This document shows, one piece after another, positions 1 through 10,712 of a stretch of DNA of 64,000 nt; position 1 is the stretch's first letter; every line of letters starts with the position of its first letter. A program made the position numbers and the translations under genes. The stretch is from Raillietiella orientalis (Eukaryota). The notes beneath the pieces are model-generated. The model worked only from the letters and a program-made list of their open reading frames with translations. It did no database searches and was not told the origin of the DNA. Where the stretch lies: contig JAYWIR010000028.1 in the NCBI GenBank assembly GCA_036172245.1, forward strand, positions 1,240,001-1,304,000, written 5' to 3'.

Positions 1-498
1 ACGAAGGATTCGAATCCGAAGAAGAAGAGAGAGCGAGAGAGGGAGGGGGAAAAAAAAAAAACTCATTACTTAATGTCCTACTTTTTACATCTTCCGAACC
101 TGTTTCTTCCGGAGCAATTTTACGATAGCTTAAGGCATCGACGCGAACGGACTCCTCATCGGCCGAAATATAGAGTAGCAGAACGCATTCTTTAGATTCT
201 AGTCTGTCCGACGAATAATGCGATTTAATCGAGAGGTCTCGGTGCTGCCATCTGAAAATGCATAAATTAAGAGTAAGTTGGAATGGCATGCCACGGCAAT
301 CATTCCCTCCCCCCCCCTCCCTGAAGGAATTCGTTCTGTAAGACTTTTTTCTCCTCTCGATGCGACCGAGGGAATTTCTTTTTTCTTTTTTTTTTCATTT
401 GAACTCACCGTGAAAGCTCTGGAAGGAGCGCTGCATCGCCACCCTTTTCGAGTTTTGCGTTCGTATGAAAAAGGCATTTCGCTCGACCAGTTGAAAAA

Positions 499-1154
499 TT
501 ACGCATGGGGTTGAAGGAAGCGTTGCGATGTTGGTCGTAGTAGGGCGGACCTCCCCCAGAGCACCCCGTTCTCTGAACGCCACGGGAGCTCTCGCCGACC
601 CCGACTCCCTATGTTTCCGATGGTCCCGACGGATGAATCCGGAATCCCCGCTGAGCTTTCGTGAACTTCATGGACCGCTCCCGTTCCTGCACTCAGGAAA
701 GGCTTCCGAGGTTCTCGCCTTCCGGACAAGAGATCCAGAACATTGCGGAGGCCCTGCTCCTTGAAATAGCCCATGGAGTACAGTAAAATCGAAACGCAGC
801 AGAAGAACGGGAAGCACTTACCCTTCGGCAACGAAGCGTCCCATTTTCCCGAAGAACCTAAAAGTAATCTTGCATTTATGAGACGGTAGATCCTTTTTCT
901 TTCCCCCCATCCGTAACCTGAGAAATCCGAGTGCATCCCTCCTCTTTGGGCTCCGGAGGTGGTAGCTCAACAGATTCGAGGCCCAGCTGGCTCTGGCCCA
1001 CGGGTGACCTCCGCCAGCCCTCCAGCGGGACTGGCAGGAGCGCTTGGCGGGCTGTGAGGATCGTCGCGCCCCCCTCCCCCAATCCCATAGGTCCGGGTAG
1101 GCTCGTTGGGAGCGGGGGCATCCTTTTCCTATGAGGGTAATCCATTGAGCTCAT
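499..1154 (-). CDS. Candidate 3-exon orphan gene (~177 aa, no recognisable domain), divergent from DAAM: join(1154-918, 857-822, 759-499)
   Basis: ATG at 1154. Splice sites CAG|GTTACG (917), TTTTAG|GTT (857), AGG|GTAAGT (821) and TTCAAG|GAG (759) give 60- and 62-nt introns, the size class seen in DAAM. All junctions are phase 0 and give one ORF ending FLQPHA-TAA. No homology recognised; it could be non-coding. Confidence 0.4.
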
Positions 1155-1745
1155 AGCAGTCGTTCATTAACAGACTGTTTTGTCTTCAACACAGCAGAAA
1201 GGAACTCTTTGCGCCGAATAGTCTTTCGCTGGAACGGAACTCTTCTTATTGCAGTGCGGCACAGTGACCAAAAGAGTCAGAATTTTAGGCACGTCGTCAC
1301 AGTGCTGTAATTTCTGATCTGTTGCTTCTCTCTGTCTGCGTGTCCGTACATACGTACACGTATGCCCGAGCTGTTTCCTGATGCCGAATGACGGTGACTA
1401 AAAAGATAATGCCAAGCAAATGATTGATCATTTGGAAGGATTGCTACTGATGCTTTGCAGGAGATCGGGAGCCAAGAAGGTTCCAGAAAGGTGTTTTGTG
1501 GTACCCGTATATTTTATGCAAAAGTTAAGGGGAAAGGGGGGGGGGCTAGGGGGCAAGCCCTAAAGTTGCACATGCCACATGCATGAACACAGTCAATCGT
1601 CGTACCACCCCCAGGGCTGTGACTGCGGTGGCGGTGTTGCACCTACGGCATACTTCTTGATGCTCGTGGCAACGTTTTAGATGTTTCAGGCGTCTGCAGT
1701 TTCATTATAGATACTGTTACTCGGTAGACTGCGGCTTGATTTTGC

Positions 1746-1749
<4 letters not shown>

Positions 1750-1780
<31 letters not shown>
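1750..1780 (+). repeat. Poly(A) tract, 31 nt
   Basis: Read directly. Confidence 0.9.
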
Positions 1781-1781
<1 letters not shown>

Positions 1782-2552
1782 GCTCTAAAGGAAAAAGCGC
1801 CGAGACCCCAACTTTGGTTAATTAAGGATCGAGCGATTGTAATAACAGTAAATAGCAAAGAGTTAGTAAAGGTTTTTACAATTCCTTAAAAGCTTTGGGA
1901 TTGCACGGGGAGACACGTGGTCGGCGGGCCGATGCTGCCCGAATGGCGTCGAAGTGCAAATCGTTTCGAAAGAGGTGTTTAGAGATCACAGTTTGAAGTG
2001 AATTAATTTCCCCCCTTGCCGATCCGGGCCTCGAATTTCGTAAATGAAAATCTCCGGCATCCGCCGTAATGGGGATCGGATCCCGTTTTTACACACTTTT
2101 GTCTATCGCTTGGGGGTGTTCCAACTACCGTCTGCAGAGTGGTGTTTGCGTCTGGCAGGCGTGCAGGCCATCCCGAAATTTCGAAAGAATTCTGTGTTTT
2201 TTCCCATAATCTTCGAAGCGAATCAATGTAGCAATCTTCGAGATTCCATAAGTGGGGACACCACGGCGGGAATACACATCTTTTCCAGATGGAAGCTATT
2301 TAATTGCTGATCGCCATTTTGCTGTCAGAATATAAAATGCTCCGTGTAATCATCTTAAATGTGTGAGCATACTATCGGAAAAGGAAGAGAGAGAGAGAGA
2401 GAGGGAGATTTTTTTTTTTTTTTTTAAAAAAAAAAAAGCGAAAATCACTTTTCTCTTTTTATCAGTTTCAATAATTAATGATTGAAGATGCTAATGAAAG
2501 GTTGACTTTATCCAGGAATCTGCCTGGCTCTAACCCTAAAGCCAAGCCCAAA

Positions 2553-2726
2553 ATGCCACTCCCCAGTTTTCGTCGAGGACTTTGCAGTTGCTTCGGCAAC
2601 CACGAACCCCCGGAAATCACTTATTGCATGGTCGGTCAGGACGGCACTCTGAATCTGCAGTCTGTTCCTCCTTCTCAGCCCATCCCTGACGAAGAGGAAT
2701 TGAACGCCAAGTTCATCGAGTTCCTT
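2553..2726 (+). CDS. DAAM: DAAM coding exon 1 ([14 protein letters not shown]...KFIEFL)
   Basis: ATG 2553 matches the DAAM N-terminus; GTGAGT donor at 2727. An acceptor (TTTATCCAG) ending at 2515 implies an upstream 5'UTR exon. Confidence 0.9.
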
Positions 2727-5700
2727 GTGAGTTTCTTCACGATTCTGTTGCTTGGCTGCAGCTTCCTCCTCCTTGCTTTCCTGCCGTTTCCTTCTCGTTC
2801 GTTGCCCATTTATGACGGGCGTTTGCTACTCTTCGCGTGATTGCAAGTGCACTCTTTGCTCAGTTTTTGCAATTTGTTTCCCCCTACCTGCAATCCCACT
2901 TCATTTAGGTTATTAATTTTTCGATGTTTTTTTTTTTTTTTTTTTTTTTTTTTCCATGTAAGGATGAACTTGATCTTGCAGCTCCTAATCGCCAGGCCAT
3001 GCTGAGTCTACCACCGGAGAAGAAATGGCAGATTTATTGCAGTCGCAAAAAGGTAAACGAATTTAGCTGTTTGTGTTCATGTCAGATGCAACAAATGGCT
3101 TCTCTTGAAGATCTATCGTTATCACGTAGGAAAGAACAACTTTTGCTTCGAACGGAATAGGGAAACGGTTATTTAGGCTGAAGCGAAAGCATTCTTCCCG
3201 TATTCTAAAAAAAAAACAAAAAAAAAAAAAAACGCAGACATTCTCCTTCTGTGGGTGTGCTATCGGTAACGCCCTTGAGGTGTTGCAATAGCGTAAATAG
3301 AGTGTTCTCTTTGACGACATGCAGATACGGAGTCGATCTACTAATCGTCGTGTGGTCTCCCCCTCTCTCTGCATTCGGTCAAATGAGACCGGAAAAAAAC
3401 AAAAAAAAATAGCTGACGAGATTGCACGATTCCGAACCACAATTCTCATTTCGAGACCGAGAGATCGAAGCTGCCCGGAATTTTACGCGGTTGTTGCTTA
3501 CCGGGGAGTGAGACCATTGAAAGCGACGAGAACGGCAGAGGTGTGTGTTTCTCATGGTTTTGTCTCCTGTGTGATGCCCAGCGGGCGAAGCGGAACTGAC
3601 CGAACAACCTACGGTCGTCTGCCTATCGGTACATCCTTGTTCCGTTCATATCTTCGTGTTTCCCAGGAACACCTGGTCAAGACTGTGGGTCTTTTTAAGA
3701 AACCCTGAGCAGTGTAAGGTGCTTTGGGTGCAGAAGTAATAAGGATAGGGGTGGGGGGGTCGCATTTTTGGATGCACATGCGGAAAAACGGTCCCTGCTT
3801 TTTTCCTTGCAAAGAAAAATTCCTCCTCCCGAAAAAGACGACAAAATGACTCTCCCCATCCCCTTGGCGTTTCCTCGTAACTCTCCCCATGAAAGAGACC
3901 CAACAGTTGAGGGTTTACTCATTTTCGTGTTATAATGTTTTCTTTTTCCTTTCGTGCGATTCCGACGAGGACACGGAAACGCCGATGTTGTCGATTGATG
4001 AAGGACTGACAGAGCCACCGCCATGTTTTCTTCGTCGACCGCTCACGGGTTATCGCCGAACCCCATTTCTAATGGGGAAAAAGCAGATGGGTTTGGAAGG
4101 TTCTGCCCATCCTGTTCTAATGCGATGGAGCACAGGGTGCGCACACACCTGAGAGTTGGCTTCCTCTTTTGGACCGTGCGTGGTGGTCACACCAGCTCCG
4201 AATGCTTCTTGCGAAAGGGTGCGGCGGTTTCGCCTTCGACACAACGAGATGGACACTTTCCTTACGAGCGCGGTGAACGGCACACTCCATTCGTTAGGCA
4301 GCGAATACCGTACGACTGCCAGAGCGTCCGATTCATTTTCCTGTTCTTGCATTAATGGATTCTGATTTCAGAAAACAGAAAATTCAGCCAACGGCTTCCT
4401 GATCCCTGAAGAATACGTCAAGAAGCTGCAAGAGTTATTAAAGGTGCATTGCTTTCCAAAAAAAAAAAAAAAGGAAGGCTTTATCAGTACGGAAATCATG
4501 TATTGTAGATTCCTCAGGGAGAAGAATGCATTACGAGTAACATCTTATTTTTCGATGGTCTAAAGACAGCCCTACGAACCGAACCCAACAGCTTTGTGTT
4601 GCGCTTCATAGAGTCCGAAGGATTATCCGTCCTGCTAAAGTTCCTGTCCTGTATGGAACACGTGATAAGGGAGAGCGGCGTGCATACGTCTGTAATCGGC
4701 TGTTTCAAAGCGCTGATGAACAATTCCGTACGTTACCCTTTAATGTCTTCGTGACTTACACAAAGACTTCATCAGAGCGGGCGTGCTCACGTCTTGGTGC
4801 ACCCTTCCTCCATCAACATTATCGCTCAGTCCCTCGCCACGGAGAACATCCGAACTAAAGTAGCCGTCCTAGAGATCCTGGGTGCTGTTTGCTTGGTTCC
4901 GGATGGACACAAAAAGGTCTTGGAAGCCATGCTGCATTACCAACAGTATGCCTCGGAGAGAACCAGGTTCCAGGTGATTTTTCAAAGTTCATGGTCCAGA
5001 ATGTACGTTCCTTTTTTTTTTTTTTTTTTCCCGTTTTAGAGTATTGTGAACGACCTCGATCGTGACATAGGTGCCTATCGTGGAGAAGTTGGCCTTAAGA
5101 CGGCGATTATGTCTTTCATCAATGCTGTGCTCAGCTACGGGCCGGGAGAAGATAATCTGGAGTTCCGATTACATCTGCGCTACGAATTCCTCATGCTGGG
5201 CATCCAGCCAGTCATCGATAAGCTAAGATCTTATGAAAACGCAACTCTCGATAGGTATGTTTCCAGCGATCCGAACGAAGGACGTCCGCAGTTTTGCCCG
5301 AGATCAAAAGCCGCGTTTCAGTTAAGGCTAATTGAAGCTTTTGGCGGAAGACCACGTTTCGTGAGGTTCCCTCGAGACCGTGACGATATCATCGGGGGAA
5401 GCTGGCGTCGGGATGGATGGATCTTTAATGAGCGAATTGGCTGGTTAACAAAATCGCGATGTTCTCGTGCGATTGTGCCGTGCGTCGGGTGCAGGCCAAG
5501 AGGAAAAGGCCTTTCAAGGTCGCATCTTTTCAATTGCGCGTTTTCCCGCCTCGCTCGAAGCTGCAGACCCCGTGTTCAGATTGAGTAAGTGGCGAACGAT
5601 GCTTCGGTAGCCGTGCTCAGTAGCTCCAGCGGTCTCGTAATTCACTTCTTAATCCGGAATTTCGCCCATCATGTGGAGGTGCTTAGGAGTGGCCCCTGCT

Positions 5701-8132
5701 ATCACGGGGGTGATGGTTCCGGTCCAAGCCTTTGCGTGAGCGTTCATCTCTGCGCTCATCCCATGCATCAGTGTCTCGCGGGGTTCAGGAAACGATTCCT
5801 CGTGTTTACGTGCGACCGTCGCAGAAACCTCTGATCCGAAGACATTCTGGATGCTGGGAGTCACTTTTTAGAACATGCGGTGGTTCCTTAATCGAGATCA
5901 ATTCCACCGGAGTCTTCGTTGCATTCTGCTGCTCGAGCACGGTTGCTACGGGAGCCGCAAACTTTACCGGTCCACAGAAGACACACGAGCAGTCCCAGGG
6001 TGGCGTTCACCGTGCCCTTTTACTTCCGTGCTTTCCCATCTCTGCGCTTTTATCTTGCTATCTTTGTTCTGTAGTCTGTTTTGCTGCTGCCTGTCCTTTT
6101 TTCTTTTTTATTTCTGCCCACGAATCGTTCCCAGCTTCAGAAATCGCTGCATTTGCTACAGGTGACCTGCGAGCATCATTTACATCACTTTTTTTTTCTT
6201 TTGGAAAAACTTGTGGGAAATGTAGATCACACAGGGCGGAAACAAGAGGTAGAAGAGGATCCAGAAACTAGGACGGATTGGTAGGGATCCCATCATCATC
6301 GCTGCGACGAGATTTCACGGTGTACAGATTTCCTTTAAGGCTCACGCAGACCCTCATTTCGTCGGACTGTGAATAAATCAAATATGTGCGACCTCTGATT
6401 TATGTCCTGTTGTTGGGATGCATACACATTCCGAGATTTAGTGCGACTCGCTGCTTGTGGCAAAATTTTTTTCAAGCCTGATCATTCATCACGGTGAAAT
6501 ATGTCTGTGGATGGGAAATATATATCTTATTACCACTCATTCATCCATCGCGAAACGGAGGAAATTTTTTTTTTTCCGCTGTCTTCCTTTCCTCGTGGAT
6601 TTCGCGTTGGACCTCTCTGCTGCCCGGCTGCAGCTTCTTCCCACGAGTGTGTCGTGGCCAGTGTGGTTCGAGCGTTCCTGAACGTCCTGAGAGTCCTGCA
6701 ACACTGTGGCCGAGCAGCCGCTCTCTCTCTCTCTCTCTTTGTGGCTGCGTGCGCACGGGTGTGGTATGGTGGTATGAGTGAACGAGCCGGCGCAAGTCCG
6801 TCTGCCCCTCTATACATGCGAATCGCGTTGCTTAGCAGCGATAAGTGAGGTACTGAAAATGAGTGATCTCCATTCTGGAAAGACGTTAGTCTTCCTTTCT
6901 CTCGATTTTTTTTTTTTTTTTCTGTGTTTTGGGAAAACATGCGTTATTTTTGAGGCACAAAGTCTCATTGGCGTCACGTTGGCATGTAATCACATGCTTT
7001 ATAAACGATTATCGTCTCTGACGTGATTTTAGCGCACGTACAGAAAGGTACATGGAGGAAAACAAATCAAAGTCGATTTCCTCTTTTAATCATCGCTTCG
7101 CATCACTTTTGAAAATGTGTACCGAAATTACTTGATTTTGTGTAAAACCTTCCGTATTCTTCCCAAACGTGTGAGCCTGTCGTGATGGCCATGGCCATTT
7201 TTTTTTTCGTGGGCAGACCCTTATTACTGTGATTGCTTTACGAAATTCTATTTATAAATCGATACACAAAAACAGATATTCTTTTTTCTGAAAAAGTGGC
7301 ACAGCCACACTTCTTTCTTCTTCTTCTTCTTCTTCTTCTTCCTTCTTTTCTTTCAATTCCCTCTTTTTTCTATTTTTTTTTTTTTCTCTTCTTCTTCTTC
7401 CTCCTCTTATTCTTCTTCTCTCTCTTCCTTTCTTTCTTTTTGTTACGGCGTGACTGCCAGATTATAATTTGTAAGAAAAGCGTGAGAATCTATCAGCAGA
7501 ACATCTTCACGGATGCCAGTCGTAATTCATAATCTTTTGATTTATCTTTGCATTCTTCAAATGGGAATGAAGTGTTGCACGTGTTTCCTGCATGTAGGGC
7601 AGCGCACTTTGAACGGTCTTTGTGTGGGACCCCCGTGCCAACGGTCGGGTCCAATAAAGATGCCAAAAAACAGAAATCTGCAGCCGCATCGATTCGCGAT
7701 CGTTGCGCACAAACCCCACAGTTTCCCTCGAAAGGGAGAAGGAGAGAAAGAAAGAGAAAGAAAAAGGAGGAGGGGGAAAAGAACGAACGAACGCGTTCCC
7801 CGATGCCCTCCCCACTGCTGGTAGCTGAAGGTCCAGCAGTTCGGGCGGAAACGCATCGCCTTGCTATGATTGACGGTGTGGTTTTTCGTGCCGCGAATCC
7901 CCGCCACGGTGGTACGATGATTCGTCCACCAGCGTGGCGCCGCCGACGCGAAAAGCCACACAGCTCGAGTTCCTCCCGTCGCTGTGAAGATGTTTCTTCT
8001 TTCCCCAGACATCTGGATTTCTTCGAGATGGTGCGGAACGAGGACGAGAAGGAGTTGGCGAGGAGATACGAAGAGGTTCATGATTTTGATTTTTCGTATC
8101 CACAGCAGCAAAAGCATGTGCATATATACGTG

Positions 8133-8189
<57 letters not shown>

Positions 8190-10712
8190 GCGCGCGCACG
8201 CACGCACGCACGCACGCACGCGCACACATGTACATTTTAGGTACACATCGATGCCAAAAGCGCATCTTCTCTTTTCGAAGTACTCCGAAGGAAGCTGAGT
8301 CACACCGTGGCCTACCCGCACATGCTGTCTTTGCTGTACCACTGCCTCCTCCTTCCGCGTAAGTTCACGCGCCGCGCGCGCGCACGACCAGTTGGGCGGC
8401 TGACACCCCGCTCTGACCAAACAGTGGAATATTCCTCCTGCGCGCAGCACTGGCTGCTCCTCGACAGGGTGACTCAGCAAATCATACTGCAGTTCGAGAA
8501 CGGAGACGACCCAGATGTGTCTCCGCTCAAGATCAACGTCAAAGACATCATTCATCTGTAAGGAATTGTATAATTTGGCTCCCGGCGAGCTCGTGGTCCG
8601 CTGATTCAGCTTGGCATCCGAGCAAGAGCTGATATTGTCCAAGAACAGGGCAGAAGCCCTGGAGCATGACAACATCGACCTAGCCACCCAGTTGGTCAAA
8701 AAGGAGCAGGAGTGTGAATCGTTGACTCACGAAAGAGTAAGCTGCGGGGATATCTCCCGAATTTTCCCCCTGCTTGACTTTCCAGGACGACCTGCAGTCC
8801 AGCCTCGACAGGCTGAAGGAGAAGCTGGAGAAGGAAAGCGTGCTGCACCTCGAGGCGAAGCAGCGCTTGCTGGAACTGGAGCAGCAGTCCGGGTACCAGG
8901 AAAGCGCGCTGAAGTTCCGAGTGGATTCCCTGATCCCCTCAAGCAACGCGGTCGCCAAGTCCAACATACCCGCTCCCCCGGCCCCGCCCCCTCTTCCCCT
9001 CCTGATGCCTGCATCTCCAGCGGCGGATTCGAACGTCGTTGTCAAAGACATTCCCCCATCATCCAACCCTCTCAAGTCGTTCAACTGGTCGAAGCTGCCC
9101 GACTCCCGCGTCTCGGGGACTTTGTGGGCGGAGATGGATGAGACCCCCCTGCTGCGAGGCCCCCTGGACTTGAAGGAAGTGGACCAGTTGTTCTCCGCCT
9201 ATCAGAGGCACGGCTCCATCGCGGACGGATCGGTGGAAGACGTTCGGCAGGGGAACCGCAGCCGCATGCGAGTTCTCTCCGTGATCGACAGCCGCAGGGC
9301 CCAGAACTGCACCATCCTGCTGTCTCGCCTGCGGATGAGCAACGACGAAATCCTGAGCGCGCTGCTGTCCATGGACCAGCAGGACAAATTGCCTCCGGAC
9401 ATGGTGGAGCAGCTGCTGAAATTCACACCCAGTGCGGAGGAGTGCGCCCTGCTAGACGAGCACCGCGGTGCCATCGAGTTAATGGCTCGGGCCGACCGGT
9501 TCCTCTATGACATTTCCCGCTTCCCCCATTACGAGGGTCGTCTCAGGACCCTCCTGCTGAGGAAGAAGTTCCCCGAGCGCGTTTGCGAGATCAGCGCTCG
9601 CGCCAAGGCCGTGTTGGAAGCCTCCAGGGAGATCATCCGCAGCCGGAAACTTCGCAAACTCCTCGAGGTGGTGCTGGCGTTCGGGAATTACATGAACCGG
9701 GGACCGAGGGGGAACGCGAGGGGGTTCCGCCTGGTCAGCTTGAATCGGATCGCCGACACCAAGTCCAGCTACTCCAAGTGCGTGACCTTGCTGCACTACC
9801 TGTCGGACACGTTGGAGCGCAAGGTGCGTCCTGACGCGCGGCTCCCGTGATCCATCCTGCACCCCCATCTCTGCCTGTCTCCTCAGTTTCGTGATGTGCT
9901 GAGGGTCAAGGACGACATCCCTCACGTCCACTCCGCTGCCAAAGTTTCCCTGACGGAGCTGGAGCAGGACGTCAATCAGCTGAAGGCGGGGCTGGACGAA
10001 GTGTCCCGGGAAATCGAGTGGCACCGTCAGCAGAAGCAGCCAGTACCGGGAGATCGGTATCTGCTGGTCATGAGGGAGTTCTTCACCTCCTCTACTGTTC
10101 GATTCCGCGAATTGGAGGACCTGGTCCACGAGTCCAGAGAAAAGGTGACAGGCATGGCCCGGCCCTGAGTTCGGTTCTCATCCCCTGCCCTTGCAGTACG
10201 ACCAATGCGTGCGCTACTTCGGCGAAGAGGACACGTTCAGCGGCAGGCCCGACGAGTTCTTTGGAGTCTTCGAAGGCTTCTTCACTTCTTTCTGCGAAGC
10301 GCATCAGGACAACCAGAACAGCAAGAGGAAAAAGGAGGAAGAAGCCAAACGAGCTCAACAGGAAGAGGAGGTGAGCGTCGTCGCACGACTTTCCGCTAGG
10401 AGCGAAAGTCGGTCCCCTTTTTTACTGTTTTTTGATTTTCTTTCTTTCTTTCTACGTTTCCTCTCATGATAGCTCAAGAGAAGAACCCTGGACAGGAAGC
10501 AGAGGAGAGAAGGCTCTCGGGGACAGAGCAACGGTCTTCTGCGATCCAACAATTCCGGAGAGTTCGACGACCTGATCGCCGCCCTCCGGACAGGAGACGT
10601 TTTCGGCGAGGACATCGCCAAGCTGAAGCGCAACCGGAAACGCATCGGCGGAGGCTCCACAGAGGACAACTCTCAGCTTGGGAGGGAGCGCATCATCAAC
10701 GTGAACGCGTGA
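2553..10712 (+). CDS. DAAM: Dishevelled-associated activator of morphogenesis (DAAM) formin, 14 coding exons, 1040 aa: join(2553-2726, 2963-3052, 4372-4443, 4509-4727, 4776-4973, 5040-5254, 8009-8075, 8241-8358, 8425-8557, 8610-8736, 8786-9823, 9887-10144, 10197-10370, 10473-10712)
   Basis: All introns are GT-AG with consistent phase. DAAM signatures: [49 protein letters not shown]3 ([42 protein letters not shown]), FH2 ([35 protein letters not shown]) and DAD ([29 protein letters not shown]). Confidence 0.97.
2963..3052 (+). CDS. DAAM: DAAM exon 2 (GBD: DELDL...IYCSRKK)
   Basis: Poly-T tract plus AAG acceptor; GTAAAC donor at 3053; phase 0/0. Confidence 0.95.
4372..4443 (+). CDS. DAAM: DAAM exon 3 ([24 protein letters not shown])
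   Basis: TTTCAG acceptor; GT at 4444; PE.Y..KL motif; phase 0/0. Confidence 0.85.
4509..4727 (+). CDS. DAAM: DAAM exon 4 (LKTALRT...[10 protein letters not shown])
   Basis: TGTAG acceptor (a second in-frame CAG acceptor would start the exon at 4518); GTACGT donor at 4728. Confidence 0.9.
4776..4973 (+). CDS. DAAM: DAAM exon 5 (GRAHVL...ERTRFQ)
   Basis: Follows a 48-nt intron; FH3 armadillo-repeat motifs; donor at 4974. Confidence 0.95.
5040..5254 (+). CDS. DAAM: DAAM exon 6 (FH3: [11 protein letters not shown]...ENATLDR)
   Basis: TTTTAG acceptor; GTATGT donor at 5255, phase 2. Confidence 0.95.
6721..6738. repeat. (CT)n/GAGA microsatellite in DAAM intron 6
   Basis: Read directly; lies just upstream of the candidate alternative first exon. 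Confidence 0.85.
7311..7441. repeat. (CTT)n and pyrimidine-rich low-complexity tract
   Basis: Read directly. Confidence 0.9.
8009..8075 (+). CDS. DAAM: DAAM exon 7 ([22 protein letters not shown])
   Basis: TTCCCCAG acceptor, phase 2; donor at 8076. Confidence 0.95.
8136..8228. repeat. (CA)n + (CG)n + (CACG)n compound microsatellite in DAAM intron 7
   Basis: Read directly. Confidence 0.95.
8241..8358 (+). CDS. DAAM: DAAM exon 8 (VHIDAKS...HCLLLP)
   Basis: TTTTAG acceptor; GTAAGT donor at 8359, phase 1. Confidence 0.93.
8425..8557 (+). CDS. DAAM: DAAM exon 9 ([16 protein letters not shown]...INVKDIIHL)
   Basis: ACAG acceptor; GTAAGG donor at 8558, phase 2. Confidence 0.93.
8610..8736 (+). 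CDS. DAAM: DAAM exon 10 (coiled coil: [11 protein letters not shown])
   Basis: TTCAG acceptor; GTAAGC donor at 8737. Confidence 0.93.
8786..9823 (+). CDS. DAAM: DAAM exon 11 (end of coiled coil, short FH1, most of FH2)
   Basis: Lies within ORF 8774-9850; FH2 motifs; GTGCGT donor at 9824. Confidence 0.97.
9887..10144 (+). CDS. DAAM: DAAM exon 12 (FH2: [13 protein letters not shown]...GDRY)
   Basis: CCTCAG acceptor; donor at 10145. Confidence 0.95.
10197..10370 (+). CDS. DAAM: DAAM exon 13 (end of FH2: YFGEE...PDEFFGVF)
   Basis: TTGCAG acceptor; GTGAGC donor at 10371. Confidence 0.95.
10473..10712 (+). CDS. DAAM: DAAM last exon (DAD autoregulatory domain, TGA stop)
   Basis: [16 protein letters not shown] plus basic KRNRKR; TGA at 10710-10712. 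Confidence 0.95.
   Translation, partial: LKRRTLDRKQRREGSRGQSNGLLRSNNSGEFDDLIAALRTGDVFGEDIAKLKRNRKRIGGGSTEDNSQLGRERIINVNA

Noticed and set aside
822..950. An alternative frame of the spliced minus-strand exons reads KRR-DALGFLRFF-GK, like an FLRFamide neuropeptide precursor
   Set aside because: No start codon or signal peptide in that frame, only one copy, and an extra Phe before the GK; probably chance.
1500..1780. Sequence ending in A31 as a possible SINE or retrocopy
   Set aside because: No target-site duplication, no Pol III A/B boxes and no second copy; long A/T runs are common throughout the window.
7557..8699. 380-aa minus-strand ORF (and other antisense ORFs, e.g. 9479-10129)
   Set aside because: Antisense shadow of GC3-rich DAAM exons and microsatellites.
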